Origin: Mobula hypostoma
Taxonomy: Eukaryota
Assembly: GCF_963921235.1 (NCBI RefSeq)
Contig: NC_086107.1
Span: 105,154,001 to 105,218,000 of the forward strand
Direction: 5' to 3'
DNA length: 64,000 bases
A program made the position numbers and the translations under genes. How positions within the stretch are numbered: position 1 is the first letter of the stretch; the number at the start of each line of letters is the position of its first letter. Shown here piece by piece: positions 48,821 to 62,419 of the stretch. The notes beneath the pieces are model-generated. The model ran no database searches. It was not told the origin of the DNA and saw nothing but the letters and a program-made list of their open reading frames with translations.

Positions 48821-50549
48821 TCGTGATTCAGGTCTGTTGTTACATTCCCTGACATTAACTCAACTCATGATACCCACAAGCCAATATACTCAGGTTAGGT
48901 AATCATGCTCTATCAGTGATCCATTTGTCTCTACAGTCCCTATTATCCAGGTAGCCCTGTCACCTGCTGCCTCTTTGGTCCTGATATCCTGGTATTTCTT
49001 TTGCCCTTTACAGTGTTCCACTGCAACGCTCCACATCTCTGATGACTAGTTACCTTGTCACTTTAATCCTGTTATCCAGTTTCTCTATGGCCCCTTCACC
49101 AAATGTCCCTGTACTTGAAGTTCCTCTTACCTGGTGTCTGTATGATTGCTGTTACCTTGTGTACATTTAGCAATCATGCAGACTTTTGCTACCAGGTGGA
49201 CCTGCATTATTCATCGTCTCTAAAACCCCACTTTTGTGTCACCTCTCCGTTCCTTTGCGGATCTTGCTACCTCATTTTCTTCATTCCTGTACTTCATTAT
49301 CACGATATTTTAACAGTAAATAAACCAGCAATGGTGTCTGTTAGAAAACACCAAATACTGACAGCATCTACGGAAAAAGGAGAATTGATTTTCAAATTCA
49401 AGATGTTTCTTCACAGATGCTGCTTGACTGCTGAACATTTGCAACAATTTTAAAAATTTCACATTTGCAGCTTCTGCAGCTTTTAAAAATTTTTTATTGG
49501 TTTGCAGGTTTAATTGAACATATGTTGAACATCAGTAGCACTTTATGCTGTTTGAGGAACTGCAACTAAGTGTACTTGCATGTTACAGCATGATGTGCTC
49601 TTTTTCGCTGGGAAGCCAAGCGTTACCTGGTTTGCCCGTTTACTCTGCAGAAATACAAAACAGTTCCGGTCCACTTGAAAATGCAATGACTAATAGGTGA
49701 TGAATTTCACCTTGAATATTTCCTTTACGTTACTTAAAATTGAAATTCCGTGTTCATGTTGGCAGGATGTGTCTGATTTTGCACTTCAGAGTGGGAAGCT
49801 CTGGGATAATTGTTGTGTAATTCAATCAGCCACAAGGTGGGAAAATTGGAGAAGTAGCAAGCTATTCAAGACTGAAATGAGCAGAAATTTAGCAAGCTAT
49901 TCAATCCCCTGAGCCTGTTCTGTCATTCAGCAAGGTCACGATAAACCTTCTATGTCATGCCATTTGCCTGACCTCTCCACATATTCCTTGATTTCATTAA
50001 TTCTGATAGATGTATCAGTCTCAATCATTGACTAAGTATCTACGGTCAGCCAAGGTAGAGGAATCCAATGAATCAGCATCCTTTCAGTGATAAAATTTCT
50101 GTTCACTTCAATCTTGAATTACTTTAATGGTTTGTGTGCACACAGGATGAGTGAATGGAAATGCATTTGAAACACATTTATCGTATTAACGCTATTATAG
50201 TGGCAGTGACTAAGGTTCAATTTCCACTGCTGTCTAAGGAGTTTACACATTCTCCCCATGACTGCATGGGTTTCCTCCAGGTGCTCCGGTTTCTTCCCAC
50301 AGTACCAAGGTGGATGGATTAGTAGGTTAATTGGTCACATGGATGTAGTTGGGCAGTGCAGGCTTGTTGGACCAGAAGGACCTGTTGCTGTGCTGTATCT
50401 CTAAATGAAATATTAAATGAACCAAATATAAGTTTAATTTGGGATACTTTTGGAATATTAATTTATATCACTTTATAGAGAGTGAATAGGACCATAATTG
50501 TGGTCATTTGTATGATTGGATTTGTAGAAAGGAGTATTGTGATTTTACA

Positions 50550-51755
50550 ACTGTGGAATCTCACTATCTCCATCTCTGGAGGCAAGCCGTCAACTGACAG
50601 CTTTTACAAACTTACAGATTCCCGTAGTTATCTCAACTATGCTTCTTTCCACTTTATCTCCTGTAAAAATGCTATTCCCTTTTCTCAGTTTCTTCGCCTC
50701 TGCTGCATCTGTTCCTAGATGCGGCTTTCTGTTCCAGAGCATCAGAGATGGGGTTTCCTTCCCTCTACTATTGATGCTGCCCTCACCTGCATCTCCTCTA
50801 TTTCCCGTACATCTGCACTCACTGCATCTTACGCCTCCTTAATTGTGATGGAGTCCCTTTTGTCCTTGCGTACTACCCCATCGGCCTTCGCATTCAACAC
50901 ATCCTCTGCAGCTTCCGCCATCTGCAAAGGGATCCTACCTCCAAACATATTTTTATATTTCCCTCCCTTCTGCTTTGTGTAGGGATTGCTCCCTCCATGA
51001 TTCCCTTGTCCATTCATCCTTCCCCATTGATCTCCCTCCTGGCACTTGTCCCTGCAAGGGGCCTCAGTGCTACACCTGCCCGTACACCTCCTTCCTCACC
51101 TCCATTCAGGGGCCCAAACAGTGCTTCCAGGTGAGGCAACATTTCATCTGTGAATCTGCTGGGGTCGTCTATTGTGTCCGATGCTCCCAATGCGGTCTCC
51201 TCTCCATTCGTGAGACCAGTTATAAATTGGGGCATTGCTTTGTTGAGCACATCTGCTCCATCCACCACGACTGTGACTTCCCAGTGCCAAGCATTTTAAT
51301 TCCCAATCCCTTTCTGACATGTCGATTCATGGCCCCCTGTTGTGTCAGGGTGGAGTAGCAACACTTTATATTCCATCTGGGTACCCTCCAATCCAATGGT
51401 ATGAACATTGATTTCTCCTTGTGGTTAAAAAAAAATTCTAACCCCTTCCTCTATTCCCCACTCTGACCTTTTACTTCTCACCTGCCCATCATCTTCCCCT
51501 GGGCCCCCTCCTCCTTCCCTTTCTCCTATGGTCCACACTCCTATCAGGTTCTTTCTTCTCCAGCCCTTTACCTTTCCCACCCACCTGGTGTCACCTGTCA
51601 CCTTCCAGCTAGCCTTCTTCCCCTCCCCTCATCTTTTTATTCTGGCATCTTCCCCTTTCTTTCTCAGACTTGAAGAAGGGTCTTGGCTCAAGATGTTGAC
51701 TGTTTCCATATATGTTGCCTGACCTGCTGAGTTCCTCCAGCATTTTGTTGTGTTG
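50550..51755 (+). mobile_element. Penelope-like retroelement fragment (RT C-terminus, Cys-rich linker, GIY-YIG endonuclease, 3' region with decayed hammerhead)
   Basis: TD.FYK.TDS.SYL.Y.S.H...CKNAIPFSQFLRL..ICS; GT.PC...C.TC; VVYCVRCSQCGLL.I.ET; ends AGACTTGAAGAAGGGTCTTGGCTCAAGATGTTGACTG. Confidence 0.9.
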
Positions 51756-52782
51756 TGGTTATTAGAGACTGGGAAGGGGAAGGGAAGTGAAAGGGGATAT
51801 AGTGATTGGCAGAGAATACTGATGTGTGATATTCAGTGATATCTTTGCAGTTTGGCATAGCAGTCTTACTTTGAATGCTCTGAATTGGTCAGTCAGGCTA
51901 GCAGTGGGAATGTGATTGGCATCGTGTGATCTCACCCCTCACTGAGTCACTTTGTTCTCTAATACCTACATATTTCAGTGAAATTACTGCAAATTGACTT
52001 CTGTAGATTTAATGCTGATGTGCTTTAGAGAGAGGTGAGAAGTTAGATAACAGAACCCATGGAAGCAATAGAAAATGAAAGCAGGAGCTGATAGCGGCAA
52101 AGGTCATTTGTGTGTGGTTTATGAAGGCCTTCCTGTTCTTCACAGTGTGAGGTATAACAAGTCCTCTGAAGCAAATAAAATACAACTCAGGAGCTGCAAA
52201 GTGGAATGCACATTTATAGATTATTCACAAATTAATTATTCCCCCTTCCTTAACATGTTTGGATAGTTGAACAATATCTTGAACATGGAAATTTTGATTG
52301 TGACTAAGCTGATTAGTGCATTTGTGAGAGGCTTTGTTCTGAGGGCTCTGCTGGGTGGGGAAGAAGAGGGGCATCTGCCTGTGCCAAGGGCTTGTTTTCC
52401 TTTTTATTCCAAGCCTTCATTCTTTGTTGTAGGAACTGGCAGATAGAAGTCTGGAGCATGTGTTTTGTTTTTTTAGTTAACTTTCCTTTGGTGCTGTGTG
52501 GAGTCAGAGACTAACATTACCCTGCTGTGTTAATAGAAGAGGGATTGATCTGTGATTTAGTATGACATAACATGAGTATTATTGACAACCAATAGATGCA
52601 GCATTGTTGATGATCACATTTGTGACAGATTAGCTTTGAAAGAGCAGTGTGTCTTCAAAGCACAGCCAAGATTTGCCGCAAGCAGTGAAAGCTTCTTGAC
52701 TAGGAATAGGGAATGCACTACCAAAGCTTGTTCACTAAACATACTCCTGCCTTTTATTTTTCTTTTCAGTTTTATACTGTAC

Positions 52783-53135
52783 AGGAGGGGTTGTGGGGTG
52801 GAGTCTACCAAAGAAGGTGTAAGGCCCCCTTTCTCTCCGCTAGCCTGCAGGTCACTTTAGGTAAGGAGTGGCACCTGCTTAGCCGCCTGATCAGGGTCAC
52901 GTAAAGCCATGGGAGCAGCTGGTGCATATTACAAGTCCTTTTTCTGCGACCACTGACACCAGGCAGGCAATCTCTGAAGAGTATTGATCATGGCTGGGGG
53001 TCATCCTTCTTGTAAAGACACTGCCCAGAAGAAGGCAGTGGCAAACCACTTCTGTAGAAGAATTTGCTAAGGATAATTATGGTCATGGAAAGACCATGAT
53101 CACCTTCGTCATACGACATGGCACGTAATGAATGA
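52783..53135 (+). mobile_element. Non-autonomous RTE/BovB-related element
   Basis: GAAGAAGGCAGTGGCAAACCACTTCTGTA resembles the BovB-type 3' motif as recalled; ends in an (AATG)n tail. Confidence 0.5.
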
Positions 53136-53477
53136 ATTGTACAGGAGGCTAGAGTTACTATAGGTCTGACAGAAGACGTCAGGTGAGAACAGGACTGGGA
53201 CTCAGTTCTGTTATACCTCATAAGCAAAATATGTTGATATAAAATAGGAATAACGGGCAATTAGTGGAGTGACAGGTAACTGAGGTAGCGTATGCTGCAA
53301 AGAGTCAATAACTAAGGAAGCAAGGCAGGAAAAATAAGAAAGGGCAGTTATTCAAATTCCACCACAGGTCTGCGCATACAGTAGATCAGAATCTAGGGAT
53401 GGGCAGTGAATTAATCAGATTCTAGAGATGTTATTGTATATTTACTTGTGTTATAGTTCCATTGTAGGGTATTTGAT

Positions 53478-55060
53478 GTTCAAGTTCCTGGATGTCAGTA
53501 TTTCTGAGGATCTATCCTGGTCCCAACATATCAATGCAGCTACAAAGAAGGCACACGGTGGCTATATTTCATTAGAAGTTTGAGGAGGTTTGGCACACAC
53601 ACTGTGTGTCCGACAGAGTGATCAGCAGCACTGGGGCTCCACAGGGGACTGTCTTGACTCCCTTTCTCTTCACCATTTACACCTCGGACTTCAACTACTG
53701 CACAGAATCTTGTCATCTTCAGAAGTTGTTGGATACATCAGCAAGGGAGATGAGGTTGAGTACAGGGCTACTGTAGGAAACTTTGTCACATGGTGTGAGC
53801 AGAATTATCTGCAGCTTAAGGTGAAAAAGACTAAGGAGATGGTGGTATACCTGAGGAGAGCTAAGGTACCAGTAACCCCTGTTTCCATCCAGAGGGTCAG
53901 TGTGGACGTGGTGGAGGATTACAAATACCTGGGGATACAAATTGACAATAAACTGGACTGGTCAAAGAACACTGAGGCTGTCTACAAGAAGGGTCAGAGC
54001 CGTCTCTATTTCCTGAGGAGACTGAGGTCCTTTAACATCTGCCGGACGATGCTGAGGATGCTTTACGAGTCTGGTGGCCGGTGCTATCATGTTTGCTGTT
54101 GTGTGCTGGGGCAGCAGGCTGAGGGTGGCAGACACCAACAGAATCAACAAACTTATTCGTAAGGCCAGTGATGTTATGGGGATGGAACTGGACTCTCTGA
54201 CGGTGGTGTCTGAAAAGAGGATGCTGTCCAAGTTGCATGCCATCTTGGTCAATATCTCCCATCCACTACATAATGTACTGGCTGGGCACAGGAGTACATT
54301 CAGCCAGAGACTCATTCCACCGAGATGCAGCACAGAGCGTCATAGGAAGTCATTCCTGCCTGTGGCCATCAAACTTTACAACTCCTCCCTTGGAGGGTCA
54401 GACACCCTGTGCCGATAGGCTGGTCCTGGACTTATTTCATAATTTACTGGCTTAGTTTACGTATTACTATTTAACTATTTATGGTTCTATGACTATATTA
54501 TTTATGGTGCAACTGTAATGAAAACCAATTTCCCCCTGGGATCAATAAAGTATGACTATATTACCAAAGACACAAATTTCTACAGATGTACCATGGAGAG
54601 CATTCTGATTGACTACATCACCATCTGGTATGGGGGTGCTATTGCACAGGATCAAAATAAGCTGCAGAGTGTTGTAAACTGAGTCAGCTCCATCATGGGT
54701 ACTAGCCTCCATAGTATCCAGGACATGTTCAAGGAGCGATGCCTCAGATGGCAGCATCCATCATTAGGGTCCCCATCACCCAGGACATGCCCTGTTCTCA
54801 TTGCTACCATCAAGAAGGTGATACAGGAGCCTGAAGACACACACTCAGCAATTCAGGAACAGCTTCTTCCCCTCTGCCATCCAATTTCTGAATGGACTTT
54901 GAACCCATGAACACTACCTCACTACTTTTATTTTTGCATTACTTAATTAATTTAAATATTTAATATATATACTGACTGTAATTCAATTTTTAAAAATATT
55001 ATTATAAAGACAACAAAATTCACCACATATGCTGGTGATATTAAACCTGATTCTGATTCC
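53478..55060 (+). mobile_element. Rex1 fragment with a second Rex1-family fragment nested at ~53598-54560
   Basis: Outer element breaks at AGGAGGTTTGGCA and resumes at TACCAAAGACACAAATTTCTACAGATG; the inner element gives ORFs 53590-54162/54074-54418 (YKYLG..IDNKLDW, RLYFLRRLRSF) and ends AATAAAGTATGACTAT. Confidence 0.88.
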
Positions 55061-56857
55061 GAATATAGGCTTTGTTCTGTTTGTGGTCTAATTCTAGAGA
55101 TAGTGTTAAGCACTTGATCAGTCTAGACCAGGGATTCCCAACCTGGTGTCCATGGACCCCTAGTGTTACGTATTTGATAAGAATCTAAAGAAGGTGCTGT
55201 AAATGTATTTATATTTTAGAGTTTGGTATAAATCTACAAATGGTGGTACATATTTAATCTGGTTGTGGACAGAGTATTCTGTTTTTAATTTGTTAGTAGA
55301 GGCAGTGTTGTGATTTATATGATTCTGGACTGTACTGTATTTCACCAGATTTTGGAGACCATTTGGCCTATTCAATCATCTAATGATGGAGAATGCAATG
55401 TTTTGACCATTTTCTTGAATGGTACTGTGCATTTAATCAGAATTCAAAGATGTATGTTTAACCAGATTGAGAAGATGACATATGTAGTCGAATTCTAGAC
55501 AGGGTTCTTACTATTTGCAGATTTTTGGTACAGATTTAATGAAGTTTATTGAGTTAGATTCTGGCTATAGTATTGTGTACTCATTCAGATACAAGAGACT
55601 GTGGTCCAGTTCCTGAGGGGGTGCTGAGAATTTGTTAGAGAAAGTGCTGTCAGTTTAATCAGAATCTATGCATTTAGTAAGGTTCTGGAGAAGTTGCTGA
55701 ATATTTAAGCGATATCAAAGAGGTTGCAATGCATTGAATAAGGCATCTGAGAAGTTGCGGAGTTGGTGTTTTACATTTATAATGATTCCAGAAACATTGA
55801 TTTTTATTGTAGTAGATTATATATGGTGCTTTGTCATTTAATCTAATTTTGGCAAAAGATTTCAGGGCAGTACTATGTATCAGATTCTAAGAGGTTCTGC
55901 TGTCATAACATCACCACTGTCACCCTCTGTCTTCTATTATAAAACAAGTTTCCTTCGGTTTTTGTCAGATTTTGGAGATGGTGCTGTGTATTTCCAAAGA
56001 CTGCTGTGTATTTTGCATGAAATTGGAAATGGTAGTAAGTAGTTAATCAATTTCTAATGATAGTATGTTGTAGGTTTTTAACTGGATTCTAGAATAATAC
56101 TTTATCTTTAATCCAATTCTGGAAACAGTGCTGGTGCTTAGTCAGATTCTGGAGATAGTGTTACAGATTTCCAAGAATATTGCCATTTGGTGATTCTGAA
56201 AATAGTGCTCCGTGTTTAAGTAGAATCTCGAACAGACTTGTCTATTTGATTCCAGCAACAATACCATGTTATCAGTCAAATCTCAGACGTGCCTTTGTGG
56301 ATTTAATCAGTTTCTGTAGACATTTTTGCTCAGATTCTGTAGATTTATTTACAAACCTCATTTCCAGAAAAGTTGGGATATTTTCCAAAATCCAATAAAA
56401 ACAAAAATCTGTGATATGTTAATTCACGTGAACCTTTATTTAACTGACAAAAGTACAAAGAAAAGATTTTCAATAGTTTCACTGACCAACTTAATTGTAT
56501 TTTGTAAATATACACAAATTTAGAATTTGATGGCTGCAACACACTCAACAAAAGTTGGGAAAGAGTTAAAATAAGATTGGAACGTGCACAGTGTATTCAA
56601 GTAACACCGGTTTGGAAGACTCCACATTAAGCAGGCTAATTGGTAGCAGGTGAGGTATCATGACTGGGTATAAAAGTAGCGTCCATCAAAGGCTCAGTCT
56701 TTGCAAGCAAGGATGGGTCGTGGCTCACCCGTTTGTGCCAGCATTTGTGAGAGAATTGTTAGTCAATTATAGCCACCTGGGCTCGGGAGTACTTTGGAAA
56801 ACCATTGTCACTCAACACAGTCCGTCGCTGCATCTAGAAATGCAACTTGAAACTGTA

Positions 56858-56989
56858 AACAACAGGAATTCTGCAGATGCTGGAAATTCAAGCAACACAC
56901 ATCAAAGTTGCTGGTGAACGCAGCAGGCCAAGCAGCATCTGTAGGAAGAGGTGCAGTCGACGTTTCAGGCCGAGACCCTTTGTCAGGAC
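56858..56989 (-). mobile_element. 132-bp Penelope-derived insert with 10-bp target-site duplication
   Basis: TGAAACTGTA at 56848-56857 and 56990-56999 inside the Tc1 coding sequence. Confidence 0.92.
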
Positions 56990-56991
56990 TG
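56954..56991 (-). ncRNA. Minimal type I hammerhead ribozyme motif (G8>A variant)
   Basis: CAGUC-CUGACAA-AGG(GUCUCGG)CCU-GAAA-CG-UC-GACUG: 5-bp stem I, 3-bp stem II, palindromic ACGU in place of stem III. Confidence 0.7.
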
Positions 56992-58859
56992 AAACTGTAT
57001 TACGCAAGAAGGAAGCCATACATCAACTCTATGCAGAAACACCAGCGAGTTGTCTGGGCCCGAGCTCATCTCAGATGGACTGAAAGACTGTGGAACCGTG
57101 TGCTGTGCTCAGATGAGTCCACATTTCAGCTAGTTTTCGGAAAAAATGGGCGTCGAGTTCTCCATGCCAAAGATGAAAATGACCATCCAGATTGTTATCA
57201 GTGAAAGGTGCAAAAGCCAGCATCTGTGATGGTATGGGGGTGCATCAGTGCCCACGGCATGGGTGAGTTGCATGTATGTGAAGGTACCATTGACTCGAGG
57301 CGTATATTAGGATTTTAGAGAGACATATGTTGCCATCAAGGTGACGTCTCTTCCCGGGACATCCATGCTTATTTCAGCAGGACAATGCCAGACCACATTC
57401 TGCTCGGGCTACAACAGCGTGACTTTGTAGACACAGAGTGCGTGTGCTTGACTGGCCTGCTGCCAGTGCAGATCTATCTCCTATTGAAGATGATTGGCGC
57501 ATCATGAAGAGGAGAATCAGACAACGGAGACCACGGACTGTGGAGCAGCTGAAGTCTTATATCAAGCAAGAATGGACAAAATTTCCAATTGCAAATCTAC
57601 TACAATTAGTATCCTCAGTCCCAAAACGATTAAAAAGTGTTATTAAAAGGAAAGGTGATGTAACACAATGGTAAACATGCCTCTGTCCCAACTTTTGTTG
57701 AGTGTGTGCTAGCCATCAAATTCTAAATTTGTGTATGTTTACAAAATGCAATTAAGTTGGTCAGTAAAACTACTGAAAATCTTTTCTTTGTACTTTTGTC
57801 AGTTACATAAAGGTTCACGTGAATTAACATATCACAGATTTTTGTTTTTATTGCATTTTGGAAAATATCCCAACTTTTCTGGAAATGAGGTTTGTATTAA
57901 CATACTTATTTAGAGATACAGTGCAGAATAGGTCCTTCAAGCCCTTCCAAGTATGCCGCCCCAGCAACCCGACAACCCCGATTAACCTTAACCTAATAAC
58001 GGGACAATTTACAATGACCAGTCAACCTAGCCAGTATGTCTTTGAACTGCTTGATGAAACTGGAGCACCTGGGGAAAGCCCATGCATTCCACGGAGAGGA
58101 CATACAGAGACTCCTTGCACAATGGTGCTGGAATTGAACTCTGAACTCCGGAATGCACTGCGCTGTAATAGTGTCATGCTAACCACTACCATACTGTGGT
58201 GCCCAGAATACTGTTTGCTAGATTCTTTGGACAATATTGTATATATTAAATTTTTGGAGATGGTGTATTTTTAATCAGATTTTGGAAAGGTTTTGTGTGC
58301 TTAATTGAATGCTGAAGCCAGTATTTCACATTTAATTAAATTATGGAGATTATAATCATATTCTGAAGGTAGTGCAGTGTTTTAAAATTAACCTTATGTT
58401 GCATATTTAAATGGATCCCTAAGTCTATTTATTGAGATACAGCGTGGAATAGGCCCTTCCGACTCTTCCAGCCGTGTTGCCCAGCAACCCCCAATTTAAC
58501 CCTAGCCTAATCACAGGACACTTTACAGTGACCAATTAACCTACTAACCGGAAGTAGTATGACTTTGGAATGTGAGAAGAAACTGGAGCACCCAGAGAAA
58601 ACGCACGTATTCTGTCGGGAGGATGTACAGGTTCCTTAAAGATGATGCCAGAATTAAAGAACGAACTCCTGACACCCCAAGCTTTAATAGCATCATGCTA
58701 ACTACTACGCTACCATGGCATCTCATGCTGTGTATTCTGACAGGTTTTAGAGAAGGTCTTTGTATATAATCAAATTCCATTGACCTTGTTGCGTATCAGA
58801 TCAGATTCTGGTGTGGTGTATTTAATCAGATTTCGGCAACACTGCTGTAAGAAATAAAA

Positions 58860-61850
58860 ATCATAGTGGACGACATAGCTACTTGAGCTTGCCCTGGCAT
58901 TCGGTAAATCCATACTTGAAACGGTTTTCCTTATATCCAGTTTCTCTCCCTATGTTCATAGTCTTTGGTTTCCTAACTGATTAAAAAGATCTTATTTATA
59001 TCAGCTTTAAATATGATCAAGGGTTCAGCTTCCATAGCTTTCTGGGGTGAGGAATTCCAAAGACTCCCCTCTCTCAGATCTTTTTGAAAAGTTATTCTTC
59101 CTCACTTTGGTCTTAAAGCAGTTCCTTCTGTCTCCATGATGATACTCTTTGGTCGTAGACTCTCCCACAAGGGAAGCATCCTCCCTGCGTTAACTCTGTT
59201 AAGCCCCCTCAGAAAACTTTCATCTTCTGGTAACTTTGCTTTTCATTTTTCTAAACTCCACTGAGTACAGATGCAAACGTTTCAACCTTTCATTATAGAA
59301 CTTGGGATCATCTTGTGAACCTTATCTGAGTAGCTTTCAATGGTAATATATCTTTCCTTTAATAGGTGAGCCAAAACTGTACTCTACATTGTCTCATTGG
59401 TGCGTCGTGTAGTTAGAGTGAGACTTGCCCATTTTCATACCCAAATTACATACCCAAATCTACGTGAAGTAAAAAACAGCAATTTTTTTTTTAGCCGTTC
59501 TGACTAGTTGCTGGTGGTATTCTGTGATTTGTGTACAAGGATATCCAAGCTCTTTGTTCTGCAGTTTTCAGCCATCTTTGTGTGCTTAAGTAATAATCTG
59601 TTTTATCATTTTCCCATCTGATATGAATAGCTTCACTTTTTCCCTATTAAGCTTCTGTAAACTGTTGTATCATTCATATAGCTTTCTGGTACTTTAGTAT
59701 CATCTGTATATTTGCCAAATCATTGGTACATATTGTAAACACCAAGCAGGGTGGCCAACTTGGAAATGCCCCCTTTAGCCCTACTTACTCATTAGCCAGT
59801 CCTCTACCCACAATCCCCTATCATGCAAAGTACTTTTTGTATGGCACCTTGCCAAATCACTTATGAAAATCCAGATTATTACATGTACTGGTCTGCTCGA
59901 CTCATTGCAATGATACTTCCTCAGACAACTGTAATTTTGTTTTGTCAGATGTGATTTCTCCTTATATAACCATATAACAATTACAGCACGGAAACAGGCC
60001 ATCTTGGCCCTTCTAGTCTGTGCCGAACTCCTACTCTCACCTAGTCCCACCAACCTGCACTCAGCCCATAACCCTCCATTCCTTTCCTGTCCATATATCT
60101 ATCCAATTTAACTTTAAACAACAACATCGAACCTGCCTCAACCACTTCTGCTGGAAGCTCGTTCCACACAGCTACCACTCTCTGAGTAAAGAAGTTCCCC
60201 CTCATGTTACCCCTAAACTTTTGTCCTTTAACTCTCAACTCATGTCCTCTTGTTTGAATCTTCCCCACTCTCAATGGAAAAAGCCTATCCATGTCAACTC
60301 TGTCAATCCCCTTCATAATTTTAAACACCTCTATCAAGTCCCCCCTCAACCTTCTACGCTCCAAAGAATAAAGACCTAACTTGTTCAACCTTTCTCTGTA
60401 ACTTAGGAGATGAAACCCAGGCAACATTTTAGTAAACCTCCTCTGTACTCTCTCAATTTTATTGACATCTTTCCTATAATTGGGTGACCAGAACTGCACA
60501 CAATACTCCAAATTTGGCCTCACCAATGCCCTATACAATTTCAACATTACATCCCAACTCCTATACTCAATGCTCTGATTAATAAAGGCCAGCATACCAA
60601 AAGCTTTCTTCACCAGCCTATCCACATGAGATTCCACATTCAACGAACTATGCACCATTATTCCTAGATCCCTCTGTTCTACTGCATTCTTCAATGTCCT
60701 ACCATTTACCATGTATGTCCTATTTTGATTAGTCCTACCAAAATGTAGCACCTCACATTTTTCAGCATTAAACTCCATCTACCATTTTTCAGCCCACTCT
60801 TCTAACTGGCCTAAATCTCTCTGCAAGCCTTGAAAACCTACTTCATCATCCACAACGCCACCTATCTTAGTATCATCTGCATACTTACTAATCCAATTTA
60901 CCTCCCCATCATCCAGATCATTAATATATATGACAAACAACATTGGACCCAGTACAGATCCCTGAGCACACCGCTATACACCATCCTCCAATCTGACACA
61001 CAGTTATCCACCACTACTCTCAGGCGACTCCCATCTAGCCACTGCTGAATCCATTTTACTACTTCCATATTAGTGCCTAACGACTGAACCTTCCTAACGA
61101 ACCTTCCGTGTGGAACCTTGTCAAAGGCCTTACTGAAGTCCATATAGACAACATCCACTGCTTTACCCTCGTCAACTTTCTTAGTAACCTCATCAAAAAA
61201 TTCAGTAAGATTTGACAAGCATGACCTTCCACGCACAAATCCATGTTGACTGTTCCTAATCAGACTCTGTCTATCTAGATAATTATATATACCATCTCTA
61301 AGAATACTTTCCATCAATTTACCCACCACTGACGTCAAACTCACAGGCCGATAATTGCCAGGTTTACTCTTAGAACCCTTTTTAAACAATGGAACCACAT
61401 GAGCAATACGCCAATCCTCCGGCACCATCCCCGTTTCTAATGACATTTGAAATATTTTTGTCAGAGCCCCTGCTATTTCTACACTAACTTCCCTCAAGGT
61501 CCTAGAGAATATCTTGTCCCTCATGAAGCAATGCTGACTTGAGTGATCATATTTTCGTTTTCAAAATGCATTACTGTTACTTCCTTATTGTTTCCAACAT
61601 TTTTCCAAAATAAATGTTAGGTTGACTGGAGTATTGTTACTTGCTTTTTGGTTTCCATACTTTTTGCGTAAAGACATCACATTGGTATTTTTCTGATCCT
61701 AGGGTTCTTTTTCCACAATGTAAGGATTTCTTCGAGATTAGAACCAATACATGTGCTGTCTCTGTAATCACCTCCTTTAGGATGCAAAATGTCGGGCCTG
61801 GGACATTGTCAAGCTTTTCATTTGTCAGCCCTATTAATTTGTTCAAAGCT
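58860..61850 (-). mobile_element. Old CR1 interrupted by a younger CR1
   Basis: Decayed CR1 motifs at 58860-59960 continue at ~61520 (CATGAAGCAATGCTGACT). Confidence 0.7.
59964..61518 (-). mobile_element. Young CR1 LINE, 5'-truncated, near-intact RT
   Basis: ORFs 60898-61524 (PGNYRPVSLTS, QHGF, YMDFSKAFDKV) and 60041-60778; (ATATAACC) tail. Confidence 0.95.
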
Positions 61851-62419
61851 AATTTTCTAGTGGTGATTCAAGATTCACTTATTATCAAATAATGTATAAA
61901 TTATACAGCCTTGAGACTTACTTGCTCACAGGTGGCCACAAAGCAAGAAACCCAAAAGAATCCAATTAAAGAAAAAGAAGAATGAAAATAAAAATAAAGG
62001 CCAACACTTAATGCGCAAGAGAAAGAAAAATAATTTTAAAAGCTCATGCAAACAATTGAAATGGACAACAGCATTCCGAACCAAAAACTGAGTCCTCAGA
62101 TCCAAACCCTGGAGCAGCCCAGATTAGGCCCAAAGCCTCTCTTATCAGGTCATTATATTAGCAGACACAGAGCGCAACAGCCAGGGCAGTCTTCATAGCC
62201 TCAGCGCCATGGAGATGACCATTACAGAGAGAGAGCTAAATCGGCTCTCATCCTGATCGACACCCTGTCTTTTCAGTCTATCTGAGTGATATTGTTATTA
62301 ATTTCTTCCCCTATAATATCATTGGGTGTTCGTGGCATCTTTTTTTAACCAGCAGTGACACAAAGTAACTGTTTTAACCCCTCATCCATTCCTTTGATTC
62401 CCATAACTATTAAAATGTA

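Larger units (their letters stand above)
56352..57894 (+). mobile_element. Tc1-family IR/DR transposon (DD34E), both TIRs present, transposase inactivated
   Basis: ~200-bp TIRs starting CAAACCTCATTTCCAGAAAAGTTGGGA with internal direct repeat AAAAGTTGGGA, TA flanks; SDES, FQQDNARPH..SADLSPIE with 34 residues between D and E; stop codons and an N-terminal deletion. Confidence 0.95.
53350..58850. repeat. Ancient degenerate ~31-bp tandem array, fragmented by insertions
   Basis: Consensus ~GATTCTRGAGATRGTGCTGTGTATTTAATCA recurs at ~53385-53460, 55070-56349, 58205-58420 and 58730-58850; successive units at ~56084, 56115 and 56145. Confidence 0.75.

Noticed and set aside
48930..49170. Recurring CCTGTTATCCAGG-like motif
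   Set aside because: Irregular spacing and too degenerate to support a defined repeat or function by eye.
59964..61518. Functional reverse transcriptase gene
   Set aside because: 5'-truncated CR1 with a frameshift between the two ORFs; ordinary LINE debris.
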